A DNA stretch of 64,000 nucleotides, from assembly GCA_963666285.1 (NCBI GenBank), contig OY762711.1; one strand, written 5' to 3'. The translations under genes were made by a program, and so were the position numbers. Source of the DNA: Sedimentisphaerales bacterium (GTDB lineage: Bacteria > Planctomycetota > Phycisphaerae > Sedimentisphaerales > SM23-30). Each line of letters begins with the position of its first letter. The stretch's first letter is position 1. Shown piece by piece: positions 38,666-48,442 of this stretch. Below the pieces are notes generated by a model, which saw only the letters and a list, made by a program, of their open reading frames with translations, was not told the origin of the DNA and ran no database searches.

Positions 38666-39790
38666 ATGAGTAATGTTGATACAAATAGCAGTAGGTTTAA
38701 TCAGCCAGCCAAATGGGAACAGGTTAAGAACTTTTTGGAAAAGGAAGTTGCCCAGGGCAAATACGGTTTGGGCGATTTGCTGCCAAGTGAAAACCAGTTA
38801 TGTTCGATTCTTGGAGTTACCCGGAATACAGTTCGGCAGGCACTGGATGAACTGGAGAAACAGGGTTTCGTTTTTAAGATTCGAGGAAAGGGTACGTTTT
38901 TAAGTAATGTGGATACACAAAATCAATATACAAAAGTAGGTGTTTATGCTTTGATTGTGCCTGATTTGAAACGCAGCTTGATACCTTCCTTAACCCAGGG
39001 GTTTGATGATCGACTCTACAAACAGGCATCGCAAACTTTGGTGTGTCAGAGCTATAACGATGTTAACAGGCAGGCAAATGTTATTTTGCAGTTGATATAT
39101 CGCGGGATCGATGGAGTCGCTATCAATCCGGTTAATAGCGTTGATACTCCTTTGTTCCAGATCCAGATGTTGTTGGATAATAATATTCCTGTGGTGACCT
39201 GCCATCGGCCTATTAATGGGTTGGATGTTCCCAATGTTGGATGGGATTGGAGGAAAGTAGGCAGACTTGCAGTCAGGCATCTTATAGAGCGAGGCCATAA
39301 GAAATTCATATATTTTGGAGTTAAAAAATATATAGTTACAGAGTACCACGTTAAGGGTATCAGAGATGTTTTGTCAGAAACCGAATTTCAATTACCGGAA
39401 GAGAACATAATCTGGGAGCCGGATTCAGTTGATTCTCCAAATGAATCAGGCAAGCTGCAGAGACTTGCAAAACTGTTATTATCAGAGCAAGCTCCAACTG
39501 CTGTAATATGCAATGACGATAATGAAGCAGAAATGGTTCACTGGTTCCTGACGACAAAATTGAAAATGGATGTCCCCCGGGATGTTTCATTGATAGGTTT
39601 TGGCAACAGTTTTCGTGATACTGTGTTTAGAGAATATCTTACTTCCGTTGTTATGGATGAATATCAGCTTGGGTCAGAAGCAGCAGAATTGCTTTGTGAT
39701 TTGAAGATCGGTAAATATCCTCTTAATTATAATTGTACCAGGTTGATTGAATTACAGGTCAGCAATGGCTCTAGTATTCAGTCGCTATAA
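38666..39790 (+). CDS. GntR-HTH / LacI-type regulator (paralog of 32874)
   Basis: LPSENQL...TRNTVRQA...GKGTF; PTAVIC; VPRDVSLIGF. Confidence 0.92.
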   Translation: MSNVDTNSSRFNQPAKWEQVKNFLEKEVAQGKYGLGDLLPSENQLCSILGVTRNTVRQALDELEKQGFVFKIRGKGTFLSNVDTQNQYTKVGVYALIVPDLKRSLIPSLTQGFDDRLYKQASQTLVCQSYNDVNRQANVILQLIYRGIDGVAINPVNSVDTPLFQIQMLLDNNIPVVTCHRPINGLDVPNVGWDWRKVGRLAVRHLIERGHKKFIYFGVKKYIVTEYHVKGIRDVLSETEFQLPEENIIWEPDSVDSPNESGKLQRLAKLLLSEQAPTAVICNDDNEAEMVHWFLTTKLKMDVPRDVSLIGFGNSFRDTVFREYLTSVVMDEYQLGSEAAELLCDLKIGKYPLNYNCTRLIELQVSNGSSIQSL

Positions 39791-39805
39791 AATGGAGAAA
39801 ATAAT

Positions 39806-40648
39806 ATGGCTAATAAAATACGTAACAGAGCATTTACCTTGATCGAGCTATTAGTCGTTATATCAATAATTGCACTACTTGTTTCTATTCTTATGCCTGC
39901 CTTGAATAAGGCTAAGGAAAGTTCAAGAATTATTGTCTGCTCATCTCGCCAGAGAAGTATAATGCAGGCAGTACACATCTATATGGCTGATTTTAATGAT
40001 AAGTTGCCGACTTCTATCCAGGGACAGGCAGATGCAGCAGCACCAACAGTATCAACATATTGGACAATTCCTAACAGGCTTAAATATTATTATAACACTC
40101 CATCAGCATTAAATGGCGGAAGTGTGATTGATATGTTTGGCAAGTATATGTCCGATCCTATTAACTGGAGCTGCCCGTTGTCTGCTGGTGATTCTGAATG
40201 GCAGAAGAAATATTACAATCAGTTAAAAGATGAGCGAGTCTTTATGATGGATAGTTCTTATCTGATATTATGGAATTATATGGGATGGAAAAGCAGTACG
40301 GGGTTTAATCCGGTTCTTGGTAAGCATACACTTATGTTGACGGATGTTTTTTTGAGGGCTGATTCATATAATAAAGATAATGGCGATCATATTTCAGCTC
40401 ATCCATTTAAGGGAGCGGCTAAGCGTGATTTTCTGAATGCATATGATCTGCAGGATACGAGCGGCGGTATTCTGGCGACAAAATATTATATGGGATTTGT
40501 TTCAGAGATGCCGGATATCAGGTTGAATTCAGCTTATCTGGATGGTCATGTTGAAACTTTATTGACCGGGGAGACATATTGTAATCTGTCAGAATTGGGT
40601 GGCAGTGGTTTATTTTACTTACCTGATAAGTCATATTGGAAACGTTAA
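39806..40648 (+). CDS. Prepilin-type N-methylation protein (DUF1559-like)
   Basis: AFTLIELLVVISIIALLVSILMPAL; C-terminal NSAYLDGHVE. Confidence 0.9.
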   Translation: MANKIRNRAFTLIELLVVISIIALLVSILMPALNKAKESSRIIVCSSRQRSIMQAVHIYMADFNDKLPTSIQGQADAAAPTVSTYWTIPNRLKYYYNTPSALNGGSVIDMFGKYMSDPINWSCPLSAGDSEWQKKYYNQLKDERVFMMDSSYLILWNYMGWKSSTGFNPVLGKHTLMLTDVFLRADSYNKDNGDHISAHPFKGAAKRDFLNAYDLQDTSGGILATKYYMGFVSEMPDIRLNSAYLDGHVETLLTGETYCNLSELGGSGLFYLPDKSYWKR

Positions 40649-40725
40649 TGTAGTTTATAGTTTTGGAGATATAATTAATGTAAACATGTAGTTTGCATAA
40701 GAGTCAAATTTTTGGAGGTTTTATT

Positions 40726-42972
40726 ATGAAAAAGTTATTATTAATTGCATTTTTAACAGGAATAATGTTTGCAGGTACGACGCAGGCTGCAATAGTTTTT
40801 GACTGGCAGTTTGATGATAAGTTGCCCGGTGAATCTTCTACCGCCGGCGAAAGAGTAATTGACAGCAGTGGCAATGGAAGAGATTTATATGCCGGGACAG
40901 ATTCAGATATGCCGGAATTTTGGTCCGGAGATCTAAGGTTTGGTGAAGGTTCTGCGATAAATCTGAGTACCGGATCAGACGAGCTTGTTTTTGAGGCAGG
41001 ACATGATTTTGGTGATGGTGGTGCTGTTGCCGGATCAGCGATTGTAATAGGTGGTACAGACAGTTTTACCATTGAAGCTGTTATTAAATTGTCACAGACT
41101 AATTTAACCAGTGGAAATCACCATGCATTAATTCAGGTACCGGCTGAAGGTGGTAAAGAAATGTTTATCAGAATTTGGGGAGGTAATCGAACTGACGGGA
41201 GAGATGGATATCTGGAATGGGTATTTGATGACGGTCCGCATAGAGTGTCTTTTACAGCACCGATAAATATGCATGATGCAAAATGGCACCATGTTGCATT
41301 TGTACGTGATTGCGATGAAAATATGGCGTATATATACGTTGACCATGAACTGCTGGCGTCCAAATATGATGGAGTTACCGAGGATATTTCCACTGCAACT
41401 CAGAATTGGTATGTGGGTTCATTCTATAACAGCAGTACCCGCGAGTTTAAAGGCAGTATTGATTTTATTCGCATGTATGATGAAGCAATGGGTCCAGCAG
41501 GTTTTACTCAAAAGATAGCCAGGGTAAATTATGATCCAAATACTCTTGATGGTGCTGTAGATATTGATCCTGAATTAGTTGAACTCATATGGGAATTGAC
41601 TGATGAACCCAATGTTACTGTTTCCGGACAATCTGTTGAACTGGCATCAGATGCTGAATTTACTGATATAATAAATTCTTTTTCACTATCTAATACTGAA
41701 ACACATGTTTATGTAAATTCATTAGATTATGGTAAGAGATATTACTGGCGTGTCAATGTTGATGGTGCCAGGGACAGTGATCCTTTTAGTAATAAAGGTT
41801 TGACATGGTGGTTCCAGACAAAATCAATAGATGAAGTTGTAGCAGGATATTGGAAATTTGATAATGGTATTTTAGGTGAAGCTGTAATTCCTGGTGAAAT
41901 GATGGTTGATTCCAGTGCAAATAACCGCCATATGGTCGCCATTCAACGTGACGGGCATCCAGCCGGCAGTTATGATACAGCATGTGCCAGCTATGGCAGC
42001 GGAGCTGCCTTCCAGACTCCGGCGGGTACTTTTGCACAATTAGAAACGGGTTACGACTTTGGTGATGGCAATATTGCCGGAACTCCTCCGGTTATGTCAA
42101 AGGCCAATGGAAATCTTACTATTGAGGCTGTTGTAAAAGCCAATACTCGTGACGATGGAGGCCATGGTGTTGTATTTTCTTATCAGCCAAGTGTTGAAGA
42201 TGATTTCTGGTATGGCTACGATAAATCACCAGCCACCTATTTCCGTGTAAATAATGATGGTAAAGTTCGCTTTACATTTTCGAACTGGACTGCCAGCAGA
42301 ACTGTTACCAGTTCTATGGATGTGCGTGATGCCTGGCATCATATTGCCGGTGTTCGTGACACAACAAGTGGTACTTTAAGTATCTATATTGACGGAGTTC
42401 TTGAAGTTCAGGATGTTGACTCTACAGTTGATGGTCAGGATTTTGTACCAAGTGGATTAGCTGCTATTGGTAATTTCTTTGCTAACACAAGTCAAACAAG
42501 AACATTTGATGGTAAAATAGATTTTGTAAAAATAACCAATGCGGCACTGACTCCGGAAGAATTTGTATTGCCGATAGAACTGCCGTCAGTTCCTGATCCT
42601 CTGGATGGAGCAACAGCGGTTCCTACATCTTATACCCTGAGTTGGAATCCTATTGCTGATGCAATAATTACTTCTGAAACTGTTGTGCTGGCATCTGATC
42701 CGTATATGACCAATGTCATTGATACAATCCCGGCTGTAAACAGCAGTGTTGAAGTTGTTGATCTTGCAGTTGAGACTGTTTACTATTGGAGAGTTGACAC
42801 TGTAGGCAGTGATGATAATGGTAGTTTCAGTCGCGAAGGAACGGTTTGGTCGTTTAGAACACCTATTTGTGTGCTTCACACAGAAGACGGTGACTTAGAT
42901 GGCAATTGCGTTGTTGATCTGGCTGACTTTGCAACCATGGCTCAGAACTGGCTCAGATCTGAATATGAATAA
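40726..42972 (+). CDS. Secreted tandem LamG-domain protein with dockerin-like C-terminus
   Basis: Two LamG units (FTIEA...WHHVAFVRD; LTIEA...WHHIAGVRD); YYWRV; GDLDGNCVVDLADFATMAQNWL. Confidence 0.85.
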   Translation: MKKLLLIAFLTGIMFAGTTQAAIVFDWQFDDKLPGESSTAGERVIDSSGNGRDLYAGTDSDMPEFWSGDLRFGEGSAINLSTGSDELVFEAGHDFGDGGAVAGSAIVIGGTDSFTIEAVIKLSQTNLTSGNHHALIQVPAEGGKEMFIRIWGGNRTDGRDGYLEWVFDDGPHRVSFTAPINMHDAKWHHVAFVRDCDENMAYIYVDHELLASKYDGVTEDISTATQNWYVGSFYNSSTREFKGSIDFIRMYDEAMGPAGFTQKIARVNYDPNTLDGAVDIDPELVELIWELTDEPNVTVSGQSVELASDAEFTDIINSFSLSNTETHVYVNSLDYGKRYYWRVNVDGARDSDPFSNKGLTWWFQTKSIDEVVAGYWKFDNGILGEAVIPGEMMVDSSANNRHMVAIQRDGHPAGSYDTACASYGSGAAFQTPAGTFAQLETGYDFGDGNIAGTPPVMSKANGNLTIEAVVKANTRDDGGHGVVFSYQPSVEDDFWYGYDKSPATYFRVNNDGKVRFTFSNWTASRTVTSSMDVRDAWHHIAGVRDTTSGTLSIYIDGVLEVQDVDSTVDGQDFVPSGLAAIGNFFANTSQTRTFDGKIDFVKITNAALTPEEFVLPIELPSVPDPLDGATAVPTSYTLSWNPIADAIITSETVVLASDPYMTNVIDTIPAVNSSVEVVDLAVETVYYWRVDTVGSDDNGSFSREGTVWSFRTPICVLHTEDGDLDGNCVVDLADFATMAQNWLRSEYE

Positions 42973-42996
42973 TATTTAGTTAGTGTTTAAATGCGG

Positions 42997-43028
42997 GTAG
43001 GGCGGAGGCCTGGTGTCTTCGCCCTATT
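42997..43028 (+). terminator. Intra-operon stem-loop
   Basis: TAGGGCGGAGGC-loop-GTCTTCGCCCTA; weak U-tract. Confidence 0.55.
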
Positions 43029-43057
43029 ACTTCCGTATAAAACTTTAAAAAGAAGTT

Positions 43058-44929
43058 ATGATTAATTTAAAGAATCAGTTTATGTTAACAAGATGCACTA
43101 AAATAATTATTCTGTTATTGATGCTTTTGCTGATAAATGGACAAGTTCACGCGAAACCATTATGCTATAAAACACCATATTACCAGGGGTATCAGGGGTA
43201 TCATACGTTTCGTATTCCCTCCTTGATATCAGCTACAGATGGAACTCTTTTAGCTTTTGCAGAAGGCCGCAGGTCCAGTTCAGGGGATACAGGGAATATT
43301 GACCTTGTTCTCAGAAGGAGTGTAGATTTTGGTAATACCTGGAAGGCTTTGCAGGTTGTCTGGAGTGATGGAGATAATACATGTGGAAATCCTGTTCCTG
43401 TCGTGGACCATTCTAATGGCCGTATCTGGTTATTTATGACGCATAACCTGGGCCAGGACACTCAAAGTGAAATATTTGCCGGTACTAGCGATGGTATCCG
43501 TACAATATGGTCGTGCTATAGTGATGACAGCGGTGCTACATGGTCTGTGCCTGTAAATCGCTTCAATGAAGTTCAGCCGTTAGGGACTAGATGGGATGCT
43601 ACCGGTCCTGGTAATGGAATTCAAATTGAAAATGGTTTCAATCCGGGAAGACTGGTTATTCCGGCAGAGAGTCGCAATATTCAAAGCGACGATCACGGCC
43701 TGACCTGGTATCAAAGTATGCGTACTACCAGTAATACGGGTGAAGGTGCTGTAGTAGAATTGAATTATGGTACGTTATTTCGTAATGACAGAGCTACCAG
43801 TTCGTGGAAATCATTCAATCGTAGAGTTATCTGCTATAGTTACGATCAGGGTAATAACTGGACTTCTTTGCAGATTTGTCCGGAACTCGTATGTCCAATT
43901 TGTCAGGCAAGTACGATTTCATACTTGACAGATGACAATACACGTCTTATCCTGTTTTCTAACCCGGCTGCAACAACCAGAATCCGGATGACAGTCAAAT
44001 GCAGCTATAATAATGCCAGGAATTGGCCTTTAGCTAAAATGATCTATAAAAAGGATTCTGCTTATTCATCTCTGGCTGAATTGGCAAATAATGAAGTTGG
44101 TTTGCTCTATGAAAATGGAGATGGCTGGCCGTATCATCGAATATCGTATGCAAGATTTGATCTGGATTGGATGCAGGATTCGACTGTTTTCTGTTGGGAT
44201 TTTGAAGAGTATGCTCCTGGTCAGGAAATATCGGCAAAATCCAATGCTGTATTTGACAGCCGCGGGTATGCTCTAAATGGAAAATCCAATAAAAATATCA
44301 CTGTTATTGACGGCAGCCAGACATATAATGGCACAGCAGCATTAAAATTTGACGGTATTGGTCAGAATCTAATAATAGATGATATAGATTCTAAAGATAT
44401 TCTTGATTTTGATGCAGATGAGAGCTTCTTAATTAGAGTTACTTTTCGTACAGAGGCTCATGCCGAACAGGATGCTGAATCATCAGGCTCCTTAGTCGCA
44501 AAAGATGTTGGAACTTCACAGCCATCATGGTGGTTCAGGGTGCAGGCAGGTAAACTGGTGTTCTTTGTTGATGATGGATCCGAATCAACTCTTGTTAGAA
44601 GCAACTTATTAGTAAATGATAATATATGGCACGAGGCAATAGCTTTTCGTGATTCCGAACAGAAGATTCTGCAAATTTATCTTGATGGTGTATTGAGTGG
44701 TGAGTCTCTGGACGATACTACCGGAACTTATGCTAATGATAACGATTTGGTTATAGGTAGTTTTAATGATGGCAGTCGTTCATTTATTGGAGAAATAGAT
44801 AAAGTGCAAATTGTTCGCGGTGATATGTCTGATGTGGTTCTTCTTCAGCAAGGTGACCTGAATGGTGATAATTTAATTAATATGGATGATTTGAATATTT
44901 TATTACAAAACTGGATAACATTATATTGA
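43058..44929 (+). CDS. Secreted GH33 sialidase with LamG and dockerin-like domains
   Basis: FRIP; Asp-boxes SVDFGNTW, SDDSGATW, SDDHGLTW, SYDQGNNW; AYSSL...LYE; GDLNGDNLINMDDL...NW. Confidence 0.9.
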   Translation: MINLKNQFMLTRCTKIIILLLMLLLINGQVHAKPLCYKTPYYQGYQGYHTFRIPSLISATDGTLLAFAEGRRSSSGDTGNIDLVLRRSVDFGNTWKALQVVWSDGDNTCGNPVPVVDHSNGRIWLFMTHNLGQDTQSEIFAGTSDGIRTIWSCYSDDSGATWSVPVNRFNEVQPLGTRWDATGPGNGIQIENGFNPGRLVIPAESRNIQSDDHGLTWYQSMRTTSNTGEGAVVELNYGTLFRNDRATSSWKSFNRRVICYSYDQGNNWTSLQICPELVCPICQASTISYLTDDNTRLILFSNPAATTRIRMTVKCSYNNARNWPLAKMIYKKDSAYSSLAELANNEVGLLYENGDGWPYHRISYARFDLDWMQDSTVFCWDFEEYAPGQEISAKSNAVFDSRGYALNGKSNKNITVIDGSQTYNGTAALKFDGIGQNLIIDDIDSKDILDFDADESFLIRVTFRTEAHAEQDAESSGSLVAKDVGTSQPSWWFRVQAGKLVFFVDDGSESTLVRSNLLVNDNIWHEAIAFRDSEQKILQIYLDGVLSGESLDDTTGTYANDNDLVIGSFNDGSRSFIGEIDKVQIVRGDMSDVVLLQQGDLNGDNLINMDDLNILLQNWITLY

Positions 44930-44943
44930 GGAATAGATAATTA

Positions 44944-46008
44944 ATGAACGATTTTATGAATATGTCTTTTGGAATGGGTTCTTTACCGTTACTTTCAAAT
45001 GCAAAAACACGTTCTATTTCGGCAGAAAATCCGACAGGTATGCCGGGTAATGGGGCAAAGGCTGTCCCGGGCGAGAATTCACCTGCCGGCTGGCTTGGTA
45101 AAGGATGGAAGGTTAGACCTTGTGTAGAGGTTAAAGCCGGTGAAATCTTTACGATGGCTGAAATAGAAGGTCCTGGGGTAATTCAGCACATCTGGCTTAC
45201 TACGGCAGTGAAATTTCATAGAGACATAGTAATTAGAATATACTGGGATAACGAAGAAAGTCCATCTGTGGAGTGTCCGCTAGGTGATTTTTTTGCTGTT
45301 GGTCATAGTGTTGTGTATAATGTAAATTCTCTGCCTGTTTGTGTTAATCCGACAGGTGGTTTTAATTGCTATTGGCCGATGCCTTTTCGCAAGTCGTGTC
45401 GGATAACAATTGAAAATCAACATTATGAAAATATACCGATGTTTTTTTACCAGGTTACTTATTCTTTAACTGATATTCCGGATAATGCTGCATATTTTCA
45501 TGCACAATGGCGCAGGACACGTACCACCGATTATGCCTGTCCGGAACACGTAATTGTTGATCAGGTAAAAGGCAAAGGGCAATATGTCGGAACATTTCTA
45601 GCATGGGTGCAGATGTCCGATCGCTGGTGGGGCGAAGGTGAAGTGAAGTTTTATATGGATGGTGATGGCGAGTATCCGACTATCTGTGGAACCGGAACTG
45701 AAGATTATTTCGGTGGTGCCTGGAGTTTTAAAGATACGTATTCGACCGCTTTTCTTGGATATCCTTATTGGAACAAAAAAGAAGCTTCGGTGCCAAAGCA
45801 TTCGATGTATCGCTGGCATATACCAGACCCGATCAGATTTGAAAATGAATTGAAGGTTTCTGTCCAGGCCCTTGGATGGTACCCGGGAGAAGAGAGATAT
45901 TATGAACCGCTGACTGATGATATTGCTTCGGTCGCTTATTGGTATCAGGCTGAACCTCATACTAAATTCCCTGAATTACTTGAAGCTAAGGATCGTTGGA
46001 CTCGATAA
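44944..46008 (+). CDS. DUF2961 / GH172 glycoside hydrolase (no signal peptide)
   Basis: RSISAENPTG, GPGVIQHIW, NCYWPMPF, WWGEGEVKFY, GTGTEDYF, YRWHIPDP. Confidence 0.9.
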   Translation: MNDFMNMSFGMGSLPLLSNAKTRSISAENPTGMPGNGAKAVPGENSPAGWLGKGWKVRPCVEVKAGEIFTMAEIEGPGVIQHIWLTTAVKFHRDIVIRIYWDNEESPSVECPLGDFFAVGHSVVYNVNSLPVCVNPTGGFNCYWPMPFRKSCRITIENQHYENIPMFFYQVTYSLTDIPDNAAYFHAQWRRTRTTDYACPEHVIVDQVKGKGQYVGTFLAWVQMSDRWWGEGEVKFYMDGDGEYPTICGTGTEDYFGGAWSFKDTYSTAFLGYPYWNKKEASVPKHSMYRWHIPDPIRFENELKVSVQALGWYPGEERYYEPLTDDIASVAYWYQAEPHTKFPELLEAKDRWTR

Positions 46009-46061
46009 TGTTTATAAAAGCCATATTTTGGTTATAACTAATATTTTAATAAGGATCAATA

Positions 46062-46991
46062 ATGAGTTTACGTGGTTTAATTGCGGCACCATTTACACCG
46101 ATGAAAAAAGATGGTTCAATAAATCTGGATATAATTCCGCAGTATGCAGAGTTATTAAAAGCTAATGGTGTTAGTGGAGGGTTTGTATGTGGGACAACCG
46201 GAGAAGGTATGTCCATGATAATGGAAGAAAGGATGCAGGTTGCCGAAGAGTGGTCAAAAGCCGACAGTTCCGATTTTAAGGTGATTGTCCATATTGGCTC
46301 TACAAGTATTGAAGAGAGTCGTATGTTAATGTCACATGCTGACAGGATTGGTGCTTCTGCTGTCGGTATGATGGGGCCGGGATACCTGAAACCGGATAGT
46401 GTTGATGCCCTGGTCAGCTACTGCAAAGGAGTAGCAAACGCAGCACCTGAAATGCCGTTCTATTATTATCATATGCCATCAATAACAGGGATAGGTTTTA
46501 GTATGCTGTCCTTCCTTGAAAAAGCATCTGATGAAATACCAAATCTTGCAGGTATAAAATATACTTTTGAAGATCTGATGGATTTTCATTTATGCCAAAA
46601 ATTTGATAACGGCAGGTATGATATATTATTTGGTCGTGATGAGATTCTGTTATGCAGTTTGGTTTTAGGAGCAAAGGGTGCTGTTGGCAGTACTTACAAT
46701 TTTGCGGCACCATTATATACCAGGTTGATCTCTGACTTTGAAGCTGGCGATCTCGAATCTGCCAGAACTTTACAGGGTGACGCTATGGAGGTTATAAAGG
46801 CCATAATGTCTGTATCGCCAACATATCTTCCTGCGGCAAAGTCATTAATGAAATATTTTGGAGTAGACTGCGGACCGGTTCGTTTGCCGCTAACCAATAT
46901 TAATGATATGCAATACCGTTCTTTAGTGGACAATAAAATCCTAAAGAAATTATTGGATAGCATGAAAGACTATTCATGTTTAGAAAAATAG
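46062..46991 (+). CDS. nanA: N-acetylneuraminate lyase-like aldolase (DHDPS family)
   Basis: GTTGEG, YYHMP, GIKYT (Schiff-base Lys), FGRDE, GAVGSTYN; sialidase context. Confidence 0.85.
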   Translation: MSLRGLIAAPFTPMKKDGSINLDIIPQYAELLKANGVSGGFVCGTTGEGMSMIMEERMQVAEEWSKADSSDFKVIVHIGSTSIEESRMLMSHADRIGASAVGMMGPGYLKPDSVDALVSYCKGVANAAPEMPFYYYHMPSITGIGFSMLSFLEKASDEIPNLAGIKYTFEDLMDFHLCQKFDNGRYDILFGRDEILLCSLVLGAKGAVGSTYNFAAPLYTRLISDFEAGDLESARTLQGDAMEVIKAIMSVSPTYLPAAKSLMKYFGVDCGPVRLPLTNINDMQYRSLVDNKILKKLLDSMKDYSCLEK

Positions 46992-47197
46992 AAAAACTAG
47001 TAAGCATTTACAGGTTTCAGATTTGCGATAAAACCTGTGTTTGCGAAGCTTTAAAATAGGTCGCCTATGGCGGCACCATAGCTTATTTATGCTACGCATT
47101 ACATACGTGGCTTCTTATTCATTACTGTAACCGTGAGAACGGTTACAAAAACTAATATTTATGGTAAATAAGGCTTTTTACCGAAAGGGTTTGCATT

Positions 47198-48385
47198 ATG
47201 AAAATAGAACGGTTTCAGTATAGTCGTATGTGTGTTATCGTAATAGCACAATTCCTGCTATTTACAGTTTGTTCTGGTATGTTATATGCAGATCAGCCAG
47301 GTGTATTTAATGGTCTGTATATGAATATGGGCAATCTGCCCAGGTTGTCCGATGCTAAATCCAGGTCTATCAGTCCAGAGAATTTTACAGGAGAAAAGGG
47401 CAAAGGAGCAATGGCTGTTGAGGGAACAGCATCCAAAGCCGCCCGTGATTTGGGTTTGGGTTGGAAGGTAAATCCATATATAAATATTAAATCGGGAGAA
47501 ACATTTAATTTGGCTCAAATCGAAGGTCCCGGCTCTATTCAGCATATCTGGATGACACCTACTGGTAATTGGCGATTTAGTATAATTCGTATATACTGGG
47601 ATGGAGAAGAAACACCTTCGGTTGAGTGTCCCATCGGTGATTTCTTTGCTTCCGGTTGGGGAAAATTTTCTCAGGTTTCATCCTTAGCGGTTTGTGTTAA
47701 TCCAGGTAGTGCATTTAATTGCTATTGGACAATGCCGTTTCGCAAGTCATGTACAATTACTATGACAAATATTGCAGATAAATCTATGCGGTTATTTTAT
47801 CAGATAGATTATACCTTAACCGATGTTCCTGAAGATGCTGCGTATTTTCATGCTCAATTTCGCAGGGTTAATCCGCTGCCGTATAAGGAAGTTTTTACTA
47901 TTGTTGATGATATTCGCGGCAAGGGACATTTCGTAGGCACTTATATGAGTTGGGGGGCAAATAGTTCAGGTTGGTGGGGTGAAGGTGAAATTAAGTTCTA
48001 TATGGATGGAGATAAGGAATTTCCAACTATATGTGGAACAGGAACTGAAGACTATTTTTGCGGTTCTTATGGCTTTAAAGTGAATACTGGTTCAGGTAAA
48101 AAGTATACTGAATTTTCTACTCCATATGCCGGAATGCCGCAAGTAATTTTGCCTGATGGCCAAACTCAATCTCAGACAAGATTCGGTCTTTACCGCTGGC
48201 ATATTACGGATCCTGTAAGGTTTGAGAGTGATCTTAAAATAACTATGCAGGCTTTAGGGTGGAGAGATGGTAAGAGGTATCTGCCTCTTCAGGATGATAT
48301 TTCATCTGTAGCATTCTGGTATCAGGCTGAGCCTCATAATCCGTTCCCAAAATTACCTGATAAAGATAGCCTGGAAATTAATTAG
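47198..48385 (+). CDS. DUF2961 / GH172 glycoside hydrolase (signal peptide)
   Basis: RSISPENFTGEKG, WWGEGEIKFY, GTGTEDYF, YRWHITDP. Confidence 0.9.
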   Translation: MKIERFQYSRMCVIVIAQFLLFTVCSGMLYADQPGVFNGLYMNMGNLPRLSDAKSRSISPENFTGEKGKGAMAVEGTASKAARDLGLGWKVNPYINIKSGETFNLAQIEGPGSIQHIWMTPTGNWRFSIIRIYWDGEETPSVECPIGDFFASGWGKFSQVSSLAVCVNPGSAFNCYWTMPFRKSCTITMTNIADKSMRLFYQIDYTLTDVPEDAAYFHAQFRRVNPLPYKEVFTIVDDIRGKGHFVGTYMSWGANSSGWWGEGEIKFYMDGDKEFPTICGTGTEDYFCGSYGFKVNTGSGKKYTEFSTPYAGMPQVILPDGQTQSQTRFGLYRWHITDPVRFESDLKITMQALGWRDGKRYLPLQDDISSVAFWYQAEPHNPFPKLPDKDSLEIN

Positions 48386-48442
48386 TCTGTTTTACTATTT
48401 CTTAGTTTTAATGTTTTTGATCAGATTTTATGTGTAATAATT

